64,000 bases of DNA from the NCBI GenBank assembly GCA_946628065.1, contig CAMOWC010000003.1, forward strand, positions 35,670-99,669, read 5' to 3'. This stretch comes from an uncultured Clostridiaceae bacterium (GTDB lineage: Bacteria > Bacillota > Clostridia > TANB77 > CAG-508). Under the pieces are notes generated by a model. That model saw only the letters and a list, made by a program, of their open reading frames with translations, ran no database searches and was not told the DNA's origin. Within the stretch, counting starts at the first letter, position 1. Each line of letters starts with the position of its first letter. Of the stretch, positions 41,056 to 51,200 are shown piece after piece. Position numbers and translations under genes: made by a program.

Positions 41056-41109
41056 AAACAATTGGGGACGTGTCTAAAAATTATATTTTAGACACGTCCC
41101 CAATTGTTT
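41056..41109. repeat. Copy 3 of the GGGACGxxTCTAAAAATTAT palindromic element (24-bp perfect arms)
   Basis: AAACAATTGGGGACGTGTCTAAAA (41056-41079) is the reverse complement of 41086-41109. It lies directly 3' of bofA. Confidence 0.8.
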
Positions 41110-41141
41110 ATTCAACAGTTTTAAATAACTTAACACCTGTC

Positions 41142-41169
41142 CCCAAAGGGGGAAAAATCCCCCTTTGGG
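41142..41169. terminator. G/C-rich perfect hairpin between the convergent bofA and glmS
   Basis: CCCAAAGGGGGA-aaaa-TCCCCCTTTGGG. Confidence 0.6.
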
Positions 41170-41180
41170 AAACGTCCCCA

Positions 41181-43013
41181 CTATTCAACAGTTACGGATT
41201 TAGCTAAGTTTCTTGGTTTATCAACATCTAGTCCTTTTTCTTTTGATACGTAATATGCAAGCATTTGTAGTGGTACGACAGAAAGAATAGGTGAGATAAG
41301 TGGTGATGTAGAAGGAATACTTACAATAAAATCATATTTTTTATTTGGCAATTCCAAATTTGTGACTACTATTGTTTTTGCACCCCTAGTTATTACTTCT
41401 TGTATATTGCTAATAGATTTTTCCATTAAAGCTTCGTCAGTTAATATAGAGACTACTGAAACTTGATTTTCTATTAGGGCTATTGTACCATGCTTTAGCT
41501 CACCAGATGCATATGCTTCAGAATGTATATATGATATTTCCTTTAACTTTAAAGAGCCTTCTTGAGCAACTGTATAATCTATGCCTCTTCCAATAAAGAA
41601 AACATCTCTTTCAGAGCAAATTAATTTTGCAATATTTTTTACTAAAACATTGTTATTTTTGATAACATTTTCTATCTTTTCTGGTAAAGATAAAATTTCT
41701 TGTTTCAAATCACTTATTATTTTACTTTCTGCAGAATTTAACTTCTCTGCAAAGAAAATGGCCATTAATGATAATAACACAACTTGAGATGTGTATGCTT
41801 TCGTTGATGCAACTGCAATTTCCGGACCAGCATGTGTATAAGTAAAATAATCAGCTTCTCTTGTTATTGAACTTCCAATTACATTTGAAATAGCTATTGT
41901 TTTTGCTCCTTTTGATTTCGCAAGTTTCAGTGCTGCTATTGTGTCTGCAGTTTCACCAGACTGACTTACAAAAATAGCAAGCGTTTTGTCATTTATAATT
42001 GGATCTCTATATCTAAACTCAGATGCAATATCAACATAGGTTGGGATATGACATAATTTTTCTAATAAATTCTTTGCAACAAGTCCTGCATGCATTGCAG
42101 TACCACATGCTACTATATATATTTGCGATATATTTTCTAAATCTTTTTTTGACAAATTTAATTCCTCAAATTCACATGGATTATTGTTAGATAAGTGTGC
42201 TCCTATTGTTTCACGAACGGCACGAGGTTGCTCAAATATTTCTTTTAGCATGTAATCATCAAATCCATCTTTTTCAGCACTTGAGGCATCCCATTCCATG
42301 GTTTTTATTTCCTTGGAAATAGGTTTTAAATCTTTATCATAAAAGGAAATGTTCCCTTTCTCAATTGTTGCAAATTCCAAGTCATTTAGCAAATAAAAAT
42401 CTTTTGTGAATGATAATATAGCTGGAATGTCTGAGCTAACATATGTTTCACCTGAACCTTTACCTATAACCAATGGGCTGTCTTTACGAACAACTATCAT
42501 TGTTTCAGGAAAGATAGAAGAAATAACTTCAATAGCAAAGCTACCTACTAAATCTTTGCAAGCTCTATTTACAGATTCTAAAAATCCTTTTTTTTCAGTG
42601 GTGTAATAATAATGAATTAAATTTGGAATAACTTCTGTATCTGTTTCAGATAAGAAATTATATCCTTTTTCACTTAAGAATTTACGCAAATCAGCATAAT
42701 TTTCGATAATACCATTATGAACAACAGCAAAACTTTTGCTGTTATCTAAATGTGGATGAGAATTGATAGTAGAAGGCTTGCCATGAGTTGCCCATCTGGT
42801 GTGAGCAATACCGATGGTTCCAGACAATTTATTGATTTCTGGGATTTCTTCAAGGTTTGCAACTCTTCCTTTTACTTTAATATTTGAAATTCCATTTTTT
42901 TCAATAGTTGAAATACCTGCTGAGTCATAACCTCTATATTCCAACTTTAATAAGCCATTAACCAAAATAGGCTTGGCCTGTTTTTCCCCTGAGTATCCTA
43001 CAATTCCGCACAT
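41181..43013 (-). CDS. glmS: Glutamine--fructose-6-phosphate aminotransferase
   Basis: MCGIVGY N-terminal nucleophile, two SIS domains, and C-terminal ...NLAKSVTVE. Confidence 0.97.
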   Translation of the reverse strand: MCGIVGYSGEKQAKPILVNGLLKLEYRGYDSAGISTIEKNGISNIKVKGRVANLEEIPEINKLSGTIGIAHTRWATHGKPSTINSHPHLDNSKSFAVVHNGIIENYADLRKFLSEKGYNFLSETDTEVIPNLIHYYYTTEKKGFLESVNRACKDLVGSFAIEVISSIFPETMIVVRKDSPLVIGKGSGETYVSSDIPAILSFTKDFYLLNDLEFATIEKGNISFYDKDLKPISKEIKTMEWDASSAEKDGFDDYMLKEIFEQPRAVRETIGAHLSNNNPCEFEELNLSKKDLENISQIYIVACGTAMHAGLVAKNLLEKLCHIPTYVDIASEFRYRDPIINDKTLAIFVSQSGETADTIAALKLAKSKGAKTIAISNVIGSSITREADYFTYTHAGPEIAVASTKAYTSQVVLLSLMAIFFAEKLNSAESKIISDLKQEILSLPEKIENVIKNNNVLVKNIAKLICSERDVFFIGRGIDYTVAQEGSLKLKEISYIHSEAYASGELKHGTIALIENQVSVVSILTDEALMEKSISNIQEVITRGAKTIVVTNLELPNKKYDFIVSIPSTSPLISPILSVVPLQMLAYYVSKEKGLDVDKPRNLAKSVTVE

Positions 43014-43039
43014 AAATTAAATCCTCCTAAATATGTAAT

Positions 43040-43198
43040 TGGTGCAGAATTTAAAAGGTTACATGAAATTAGCCTCTGTTATAGCATCACTGCTATTTTT
43101 TTTCTAATTTCTTTTGACAGTAACATGCCAAAAGAGTATCCGCCGAATTTTTCGATAACTCTTTTCCTCGTCAACAGTAAAAACTGTCCAGGCGCTTT
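43040..43198 (-). ncRNA. glmS ribozyme in the glmS 5' UTR
   Basis: The minus strand reads A-AGCGCCTGGACAGTTTTTACTGTTGACGAGGAAAAGAGTTATCGAAAAATTCGGCGGATACTC, matching the conserved core (AGCGCC cleavage site, GACGAGG, GUUAUCGAA...UUCGGCGGAU). Confidence 0.85.
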
Positions 43199-43372
43199 AA
43201 TACTAACTAACAACCCTCCTTAACAATAAATTTTTTACTTTTAAATTCATACTTTAAAGTATATTACACTAAGATTAAAAAAAATGCAAGCAAAATGATT
43301 AAAGCCCTGAAAAATGCGTCACTTGTCTTTTTTTTAGATTCATTGTATAATTAGCAACAGAGGGAAAAAACG

Positions 43373-45166
43373 ATGTTCGATATAGAAGCTGAAATAAAAA
43401 AACTCCCAAAGAATCCAGGAGTTTATATTATGAGAGATAAAAGCGATAATGTTATCTATGTTGGAAAGGCAATATCGCTTAAAAACCGTGTTACACAATA
43501 CTTTAGAAAAACGAATAAAACTGAAAGAATAAAAAGAATGGTTTCACTTATAGACCATTTCGAATATATAGTTGTAGATAATGAAGCAGAGGCTCTTGTA
43601 CTAGAATGTAATTTAATTAAAAAATATAGACCTAAATTCAATGTGCTTCTCAAAGATGACAAAACATATCCATATATTAAAATAGATGTAAAATCTGACT
43701 TCCCAAATGTATTTTTAACAAGAAAAATAATAAATGACGGCTCCAAATATTTTGGACCATATGCTAATAGTGGCGCAGCAAAAGAAATGGTTAACTTTAT
43801 AAAACAGAGATTTAAAATAAGACAATGTAAAAATTTTAAATCTAATACAAGAGCATGCCTAAACTACCATATTAAACGATGCCTAGCGCCATGTATGGGA
43901 TATGTAACTAAAGAAGAATATAAAAAGTTAATAAATCAAGTAATCATGCTATTAGAAGGGAAGACTGAGAGCTTAACAAAACAATTATCTCAAGAAATGG
44001 AAGATGCATCAAAAACGCAGGATTATGAAAGAGCAGCGGAACTCAGAGATACGCTAATTGCAATAGATAGAGTAGAGCAAAAACAAAAAGTCTCAAATCT
44101 TTCAGAAAACAACATAGACGTAATAGGAATAAGCAAAAACGCGTTATTATGTTGTATTGAAATTTTCTTTGTGCGTGGAAGTAAAATGATAGGAAGAGAA
44201 CACTATTTTTTAGACAATGTAATAGACATGACAGAAAATGAAATTTTAACAGGATTTATAAAACAATACTATATTGAAAAGCCAGATTTACCAAGCAAAA
44301 TAATGTTACAACTTGAAATAGATGAAAAAGATTCAATAGAAAGATTATTAAGCGATAAAGCAGGAAGAAAAGTTGAACTTAAATCGCCACAAAAGGGTGA
44401 AAAACTTCGCTTTGTAGAAATGGCTCAAAAGAATAGTAAAATTACACTAGATAATAAACTTAAAGATAAAAGCAGTATCCTAGAAGAGCTAAAAGTGACA
44501 TTAAAACTAGACAAGCTTCCAAGAAAAATAGAAATGTATGATATATCAAACATTTCTGGAGAACATATGGTGGCAGGGATGGTAGTTGCGCAAGATGGAA
44601 TTATAAAGAGAAATCTATCAAGAAGATTTAGAATAAAAACCGTTTTTGAACAAGACGACCCAAGATGCATGGAAGAAGTAATAACTAGGAGACTAAAACA
44701 TTCTATAGAAGAGCCAAATGGAGGCTTTGGAAAGTTACCAGATGTGATTTTTGCAGATGGTGGAATTACGCAAATGCGTGCAATAAGAAGAGCAATAGAC
44801 CTATACAAAGTAGATATAAAATTATTTGGACTTGTAAAAAACGACAAACATAGAACAAGAGCAATGATAGACGAAAACAGGAAAGAAATAAAGCTTTCAG
44901 AAGAGCTTATGAATTTTGCAACTAATTTTCAAGATGAAGTTCATAAAGTAGCAATAGAATATCACAGAAAACTAAGAGATAAAGAAATGAAAAAGTCGGA
45001 ATTGGACAATGTGCCAGGAATAGGAGAGGCAAAAAAGAAATTATTACTTAAGGAATTTGGAAGCGTAGAAAAAATAAAAAAATCGAAAATCGAAGATTTA
45101 ATAAAAGTTAATGGCATTAATGAAAACTTAGCAAGAACAATAAAAGAAATACTTGAAAAAAGTTGA
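43373..45166 (+). CDS. uvrC: Excinuclease ABC subunit C
   Basis: GIY-YIG motif PGVYIMRDKSDNVIYVGKA, a UVR domain, and a C-terminal (HhH)2 region. Confidence 0.95.
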   Translation: MFDIEAEIKKLPKNPGVYIMRDKSDNVIYVGKAISLKNRVTQYFRKTNKTERIKRMVSLIDHFEYIVVDNEAEALVLECNLIKKYRPKFNVLLKDDKTYPYIKIDVKSDFPNVFLTRKIINDGSKYFGPYANSGAAKEMVNFIKQRFKIRQCKNFKSNTRACLNYHIKRCLAPCMGYVTKEEYKKLINQVIMLLEGKTESLTKQLSQEMEDASKTQDYERAAELRDTLIAIDRVEQKQKVSNLSENNIDVIGISKNALLCCIEIFFVRGSKMIGREHYFLDNVIDMTENEILTGFIKQYYIEKPDLPSKIMLQLEIDEKDSIERLLSDKAGRKVELKSPQKGEKLRFVEMAQKNSKITLDNKLKDKSSILEELKVTLKLDKLPRKIEMYDISNISGEHMVAGMVVAQDGIIKRNLSRRFRIKTVFEQDDPRCMEEVITRRLKHSIEEPNGGFGKLPDVIFADGGITQMRAIRRAIDLYKVDIKLFGLVKNDKHRTRAMIDENRKEIKLSEELMNFATNFQDEVHKVAIEYHRKLRDKEMKKSELDNVPGIGEAKKKLLLKEFGSVEKIKKSKIEDLIKVNGINENLARTIKEILEKS

Positions 45167-45238
45167 AACTTGTCTTACAACTATAGTAATATTAAAGCAT
45201 ATTCCAGAATATACTTAATCTAGGAGGAACTTTAAACC

Positions 45239-45430
45239 ATGGAATATGCAAAAGAAGATATTTTAAATATAAGGTATAATGAAAAAAAAGATTGCACTGA
45301 GACAGACAAGAAAAAAGGATTCATAAGAAGGCATAGGTTTATTAGCACAGCTTTATTAGCTACCATTATTTTGATTGGAGTAAATGTGTTTTTTATTTAT
45401 GAATTCTTTAATATGCTTATCCAAATTTAA
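45239..45430 (+). CDS. Hypothetical small membrane protein
   Basis: AGGAGG RBS and one TM, ISTALLATIILIGVNVFFIY. Confidence 0.45.
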   Translation: MEYAKEDILNIRYNEKKDCTETDKKKGFIRRHRFISTALLATIILIGVNVFFIYEFFNMLIQI

Positions 45431-45452
45431 AACCTTATAGAAAGTAGGAAGA

Positions 45453-46310
45453 ATGAAAGTAGCAAACAATTGGAAAGATTATGAAATAATAGATATGGCA
45501 GATGGGCAAAAACTTGAACGCTGGGGGAAATATGTCCTTTCAAGGCCAGACCCACAAATAATATGGAAGGACAAGCTTTTCCCTGAAAAGTGGAAAAGAG
45601 CTGATGCAGTGTATCATAGAAGCAATACTGGCGGAGGAGGATGGACATATAAGACAAAACTTCCAGAAAGTTGGGACATACATTATAAAGATTTAACATT
45701 TAGAGTAAAACCAATGGGATTTAAACATACAGGGCTTTTTCCTGAGCAGGCTGTTAATTGGGATTGGATGATACAGAAAATCCGAAATGCGGGAAGAGAG
45801 ATAAAAGTACTTAATTTGTTTGCATATACTGGAGGAGCAACTGTAGCTTGTAGCTATGCAGGAGCATCAGTTTGCCATGTAGATAGTTCAAAAGGAATGT
45901 GTACATGGGCAAAAGAGAACTTGCAGGTATCAGGACTTGGAAACAACCCAGTTAGATTTATTGTAGATGATGTAATTAAATTTGTCAAAAGAGAAATAAG
46001 AAGAGGCAACAAATATGATGCAATAATTATGGACCCACCATCATATGGAAGAGGGTCAAACGGGGAAGTGTGGCAGTTTGAAGGACAGATTGCAGGATTA
46101 ATCGAATTATGCATGGGGGTATTAAGCGATAGACCATTATTTTTCTTAATTAATTCGTATACAACTGGAATTTCAAGCATGGTATTAGCAAATCTTTTAA
46201 AGATAAATATAAGACAAAAAGGAAATGTAGAATGTGGAGAAATAGGATTACCAATGACAAACTCCGAACTAATTTTGCCATGTGGTATTTATGGAAGATG
46301 GGAAGAATAG
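45453..46310 (+). CDS. Class I SAM-dependent methyltransferase (RlmI-like catalytic domain, no PUA domain)
   Basis: VLNLFAYTGGATVA and IIMDPPSYGRG motifs. Confidence 0.7.
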   Translation: MKVANNWKDYEIIDMADGQKLERWGKYVLSRPDPQIIWKDKLFPEKWKRADAVYHRSNTGGGGWTYKTKLPESWDIHYKDLTFRVKPMGFKHTGLFPEQAVNWDWMIQKIRNAGREIKVLNLFAYTGGATVACSYAGASVCHVDSSKGMCTWAKENLQVSGLGNNPVRFIVDDVIKFVKREIRRGNKYDAIIMDPPSYGRGSNGEVWQFEGQIAGLIELCMGVLSDRPLFFLINSYTTGISSMVLANLLKINIRQKGNVECGEIGLPMTNSELILPCGIYGRWEE

Positions 46311-46311
46311 A

Positions 46312-47007
46312 ATGCAAAATCTAAAAGTATTATATGAAACAAATCATGTTATAGTAATAGAAAAGCCAGTAAATGTGCCGTCTCAGGGAGACAAAACTGG
46401 AGACACAGATTGTCTAAGTTTAATAAAAGACTATTTAAAAGAAAAATACCAAAAACCTGGCAATGTTTATGTAGGGCTTGTTCACAGGCTAGATAGGCCA
46501 GTTGGAGGAGTTATGGTATTTGCCAAAACTTCAAAAGCAGCATCAAGATTAAGCGAAGCGGTACGTAATAGAGAAATAGAAAAAGAGTATTTGCTTGTTG
46601 CAGATGGTAAATTTGAAGTGGAAAATGGAGTAATGGAAGATTACTTAAAAAAAGATGAAAGAACAAATCTAAGCAAAGTTGTATCAGAGAATATTAAAGA
46701 CGCAAAATATGCAAAACTAGAATATGAAGTGCTCGGCTATAGAGAGGACAATAATATATCTTTAGTTAAAGTAAAACTCCATACTGGAAGACATCACCAA
46801 ATAAGAGTGCAATTTGCATCAAGAGGACATAGCCTGTATGGTGACCAAAAGTATGGAACAAGAGGAAAAAGCAAACAAATTGCTTTGTTCGCATTTAGGA
46901 TTTCTTTTCCGGATCCAATAACAAAAGAAAAAATAACAATAACAAGTTTTCCAGAAGCAAATGGAACATGGAGTATGTTAAATTGTGTAACACAAGATAA
47001 GATATAA
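46312..47007 (+). CDS. RluA-family pseudouridine synthase
   Basis: LVHRLDRPVGGVMVFAKT contains the catalytic Asp. HTGRHHQIRVQFA is also present. Terminator at 47011-47052. Confidence 0.88.
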   Translation: MQNLKVLYETNHVIVIEKPVNVPSQGDKTGDTDCLSLIKDYLKEKYQKPGNVYVGLVHRLDRPVGGVMVFAKTSKAASRLSEAVRNREIEKEYLLVADGKFEVENGVMEDYLKKDERTNLSKVVSENIKDAKYAKLEYEVLGYREDNNISLVKVKLHTGRHHQIRVQFASRGHSLYGDQKYGTRGKSKQIALFAFRISFPDPITKEKITITSFPEANGTWSMLNCVTQDKI

Positions 47008-47099
47008 GCAAAAAAGTGTGTCAAAAGGAATGTCCTTTTGACACACTTTTTTGCAATTATTTGCAATTATATGAATATCAAAAAAATATTGCTATTTAT

Positions 47100-47945
47100 T
47101 TAGCTATTATAAATTTCTAATTGCTGTTTGAAAAATTTATCATCTTTAGTAGTGTATAAATTTAGGTTACTGTTCCTGTTTATTATTTGTCTTACTTCCC
47201 ATAAACCAATGCCAGTGTTTTTAGGTTTGCTAGATACTCCTTTTTTGTAAATTGTTTCAATATCTACATCTTTATTATTATACGTGTTTTCAATAATTAA
47301 TACTTGCCTTGGAGATACTAAATCTTTTCTAATACATATATTTATTACTTTTTCACTACATTCTTTAGAAGCTTCTATTGCATTATCAAATAGAATACCT
47401 AAAATTCTTGTAAATTCATATATTTTCATGTTTATGCTTTTTAAATCTAAAGAAACATCTAAATTAACATTGATGCCATTTTCACTTGCAAGGAAATATT
47501 TATTTGAAATCAAACTATAAATTGCAGGCTCGTTTATTATAGAAGAATTAAGTATTACTAAATTATTAATCTTCTTACAATCAACTGCAATTTCATTATA
47601 ATATTTTTTTAAACCAGTAATGTCATCGGCCTGAACATATCCACCAATTGTAGTAATTATATTATTGAAATCATGCTTAAAGCCACGAACATCGTCATTT
47701 AAGATAGTAAGCGACTGATTCTTTTTTTCGCATTGTTCTAATCTATCTTTTAGATACTTTATGCGCTTTGTATTAAATAGCGAATATAAAACAAAGAATA
47801 GATATATAAAAAGTATGGCAAAGTATAGTAGTGACAAATGCAAAGGGAGAATATTACAATAAACAAAAGATACATATGCTTGTGCTATAAATATAGCTAT
47901 TGAAAAAATAATAACAATGATTAAAGCAAATTTTTTTATACCCAT
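47100..47945 (-). CDS. AgrC/HPK10-type GHKL sensor histidine kinase; no cognate regulator in the window
   Basis: Two N-terminal TM segments; H-box FKHDFNNIITTIGGY; N-box ILFDNAIEA; G-box KPKNTGIGLWEVRQI. Confidence 0.75.
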   Translation of the reverse strand: MGIKKFALIIVIIFSIAIFIAQAYVSFVYCNILPLHLSLLYFAILFIYLFFVLYSLFNTKRIKYLKDRLEQCEKKNQSLTILNDDVRGFKHDFNNIITTIGGYVQADDITGLKKYYNEIAVDCKKINNLVILNSSIINEPAIYSLISNKYFLASENGINVNLDVSLDLKSINMKIYEFTRILGILFDNAIEASKECSEKVINICIRKDLVSPRQVLIIENTYNNKDVDIETIYKKGVSSKPKNTGIGLWEVRQIINRNSNLNLYTTKDDKFFKQQLEIYNS

Positions 47946-48267
47946 CACGAATCCTCCAAATGCTTTCAAATAAAGAAATTACAAGGCACATGCCTTCACC
48001 TAAAAAACCAGCAATAGATGAAAATATATTTTAAAACATAAATATAGTCAATTAAAAAGTAAAAAAATGTTAAAAAACAATATGTTATTTGTTTTTTGTG
48101 ACGAAAACACTTTATAGAGCTAATTTTAATAAAATAATAAGAGTTAGAAAAAACGAGCAAATAGACTAATACTGCGAAATTTGGCATTATCTAAAAACTT
48201 GAAAAATTGTAATTAAAGGTTTATAATATACAATGCTTTAAAAAAAATATTATATTAGGAGGAAACT

Positions 48268-51200
48268 ATGAAAAACAAAGTTCTTTTTGTAATATTAATA
48301 TTTGCAATTCTTGCAAACATATTGATACCAACTGTATATGCAGCTGGAAGTTCAAATTTACCAAATGATGTATTAATCAGAGTAAATGGAAAAGACATAA
48401 AGAAAACAAGCAAAATTGACGAGCTGAAGAGAATGTTTGGAAATCCAACTCTAGAAACAAATTCTCCATTTGGTGGAAAAATGTATACATTTTATAATGA
48501 ATCTAAAAAATATAATGTATACGTAGAAACAGACTCTAATGGTGTAATTAAAAATACAGGAGTTGTATCTGAAAATTTTAAATCAAATTCATATGAAGCA
48601 TTACAAGAGCCAGAAAACAATAGCTATTATTACTATTCAATTGAAAAAGCAATAGAAGATTATAGAGATGGTAAATATGTGTATGTTGGAGTATGCGTAG
48701 AAAACTATACATGGCAAGAGGCTGAAAAGTATAGAGAAAATTACATGAAAAATCAATCTCAAAATTTATATAATTTACAGAAACATGCTATATATACTAG
48801 TAAGATGCTAGCACATCTAGAAGGAAAAAAATTCACACAAACTGTTGCTTCTGAAGAAATATTTTATATGAACGAACTACTTAAGGCTAATAAAACAACT
48901 CTATATGAAACATTATGGAACAACGACAAGTATAATTATGTGTCTCTTATTAGCGCAAGTGGATATAATGAAAGAGACTATATTAATTCATCTCTTCCAG
49001 CAAATCCAGTATCTTTGGGCGGAGTTACAGCAAAATATAATCCTAAAGGAGAAGACTATAAATATTTTATATATGACATAGGATCTACAAAATTAGATAA
49101 CGGAAAGTATTTTATAGGTAGTGGCTATTATGCTGTTAATCCGGACTTTATGAATGAAAGAAAAACGGTTGCATTAACATCAGAAGAAAAAACAAAACTA
49201 GCAAACGTAGAAAAAATGGTTAAAGAATTTAAAAACTATTATGAAAAAAGTGGAAACAAAGCATACACAACAGAACCTAATGTTAAAGAATTGTCAAAAA
49301 CTAAAGCTTATGGAGTAATGAATGAAGACTACCTTAAAGCAGCTGTTGCATATTTAAATTTAGCAAGAGTAGGTATTGGCTTAGAACCAGTAAAATACAG
49401 TAAAGATCTATCACACTATGCTCAAATTAAGGCTGCAACTGTAGTATACTTGAACAATTATACAGACGCAAAAGGAGTATCACATTATTTTGACAAGCCA
49501 GATTGGATGAGTCAAACAGATTACAATAATAGCATGGTAGGATCAGAAAACCTATACACGGGAGGAATCCTTGGAGGTACTGTGTTTGGAAGTGTGGAAC
49601 AAGCCCTACATGATGGTTATGGTGATCCAATAACATGTGGACATAGATATAATATTCTTAATCCAACTGCAACAACAGTAGGATTAGGATACGCAGAAGG
49701 ACAAGGATGCCATAAATTTACAGGATATAATGGCAAAACGCCAGAGCTAGTTGCATGGCCTGCGAACGGAATAATGCCAATGACATTAATCACTAGTGCA
49801 GGAATTGGAAATTGGACAGCTAGTTTTTCAGATGGCAAACATAGATTCACAGATAATTCTTCAGTAAGTGTTAAAAACCTAAATAGTGGAGCCGTTTGGA
49901 ATATCACACAGACCAATACCAATAATACAAAGCTTTTAAGAAAAACTTCAGATTCATTTATAACATTCAGAGATGATAGCATTGCGTATGAACAAGGTGA
50001 CGTCTTAGAAATAACATTGAAAAATGTTAAGTATCCAGATGGATCAATAAAAGACTATAAATATAGAACAGTATTTTATGGAGTTTCTTCGTTAGAGAAG
50101 AAAAACACTACATCAATTTCTACAGTTGGCAACAGCATAAAAGTAGAATTAGGAAAAACGAAAGACTTAAAAATTAGATTACAACCAGCGGATGCTACAA
50201 ATAAATTAACATATGTAAAGTCAAGCAATTCCAGCATCGCAAGTGTAAGAGCTGACGGAATAGTTACAGGAAAAAAAGTTGGAAAGGCAACTATAACAAT
50301 TAAATGTGGAGACATAACAAAACAGGTTAATGTAGAGGTTATAACAGTTCCAATCACATCTGTAAAATTAAATAAGACAACTTTAGAACTCTCACCAAAG
50401 GGAACAGCAACCCTGAAAGCTACAATTGAACCAAGCAATACTACAGATAACAAAACTGTAACATGGACATCAAGTAACACTAAAGTTGCAACTGTAGATA
50501 AAAAAGGAAATGTTACAGCACTAAGTGTTGGAACTGCAGTAATAACAGCTAAAGCAGGGACAAAAACAGCAACATGTAAAGTTACAGTAAAGAAGCAAAC
50601 ACAAGCATCTACACAATTGCCAGCAAATGCATATGTAGGAAATATAAATAGTGAATTAAAACAATTCTCATTAAACAAAAATGAAAAAGGGAACCATTAT
50701 GTATATGGAGAAATAGTAGTAGTAGAATGGGTAAATGGAAAATCAACAGTACCAAAAGTAGCACCAAAAATGAGATTTAAGAGTACAGATGGAAAAGTAA
50801 ATATGGATGTATTTGTAACAGCAACAGGAACAAACACATACTATTTTGACAGATTCATAGAGGGAATAGATACAACAAAGCAATATTATTTTGAGGTAGC
50901 ATCAGGAGATAGTAGAAATGTATCAACAACAAAAACAATGAATGTATATTTCACAGCTGCAAAATTTAATAATAAATCTATAGGAATCTATAAAAATTAC
51001 AAATTAATGTTAAGTGGGCAAAACATTAAGTTTGTAAAAGATACATATGTAGGAAATATAAACAGCGAATTAAAACAATTCTCATTAAACAAAAATGAAA
51101 AAGGGAACCATTATGTATATGGAGAAATAGTAGTAGTAGAATGGGTAAATGGAAAATCAACAGTACCAAAAGTAGCACCAAAAATGAGATTTAAGAGTAC

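Noticed and set aside
50076-50678. A 200-aa minus-strand ORF inside the large surface-protein gene.
   Set aside because: It is a shadow ORF opposite the Big_2 region. It is V/T/F-rich and has no translation signals.
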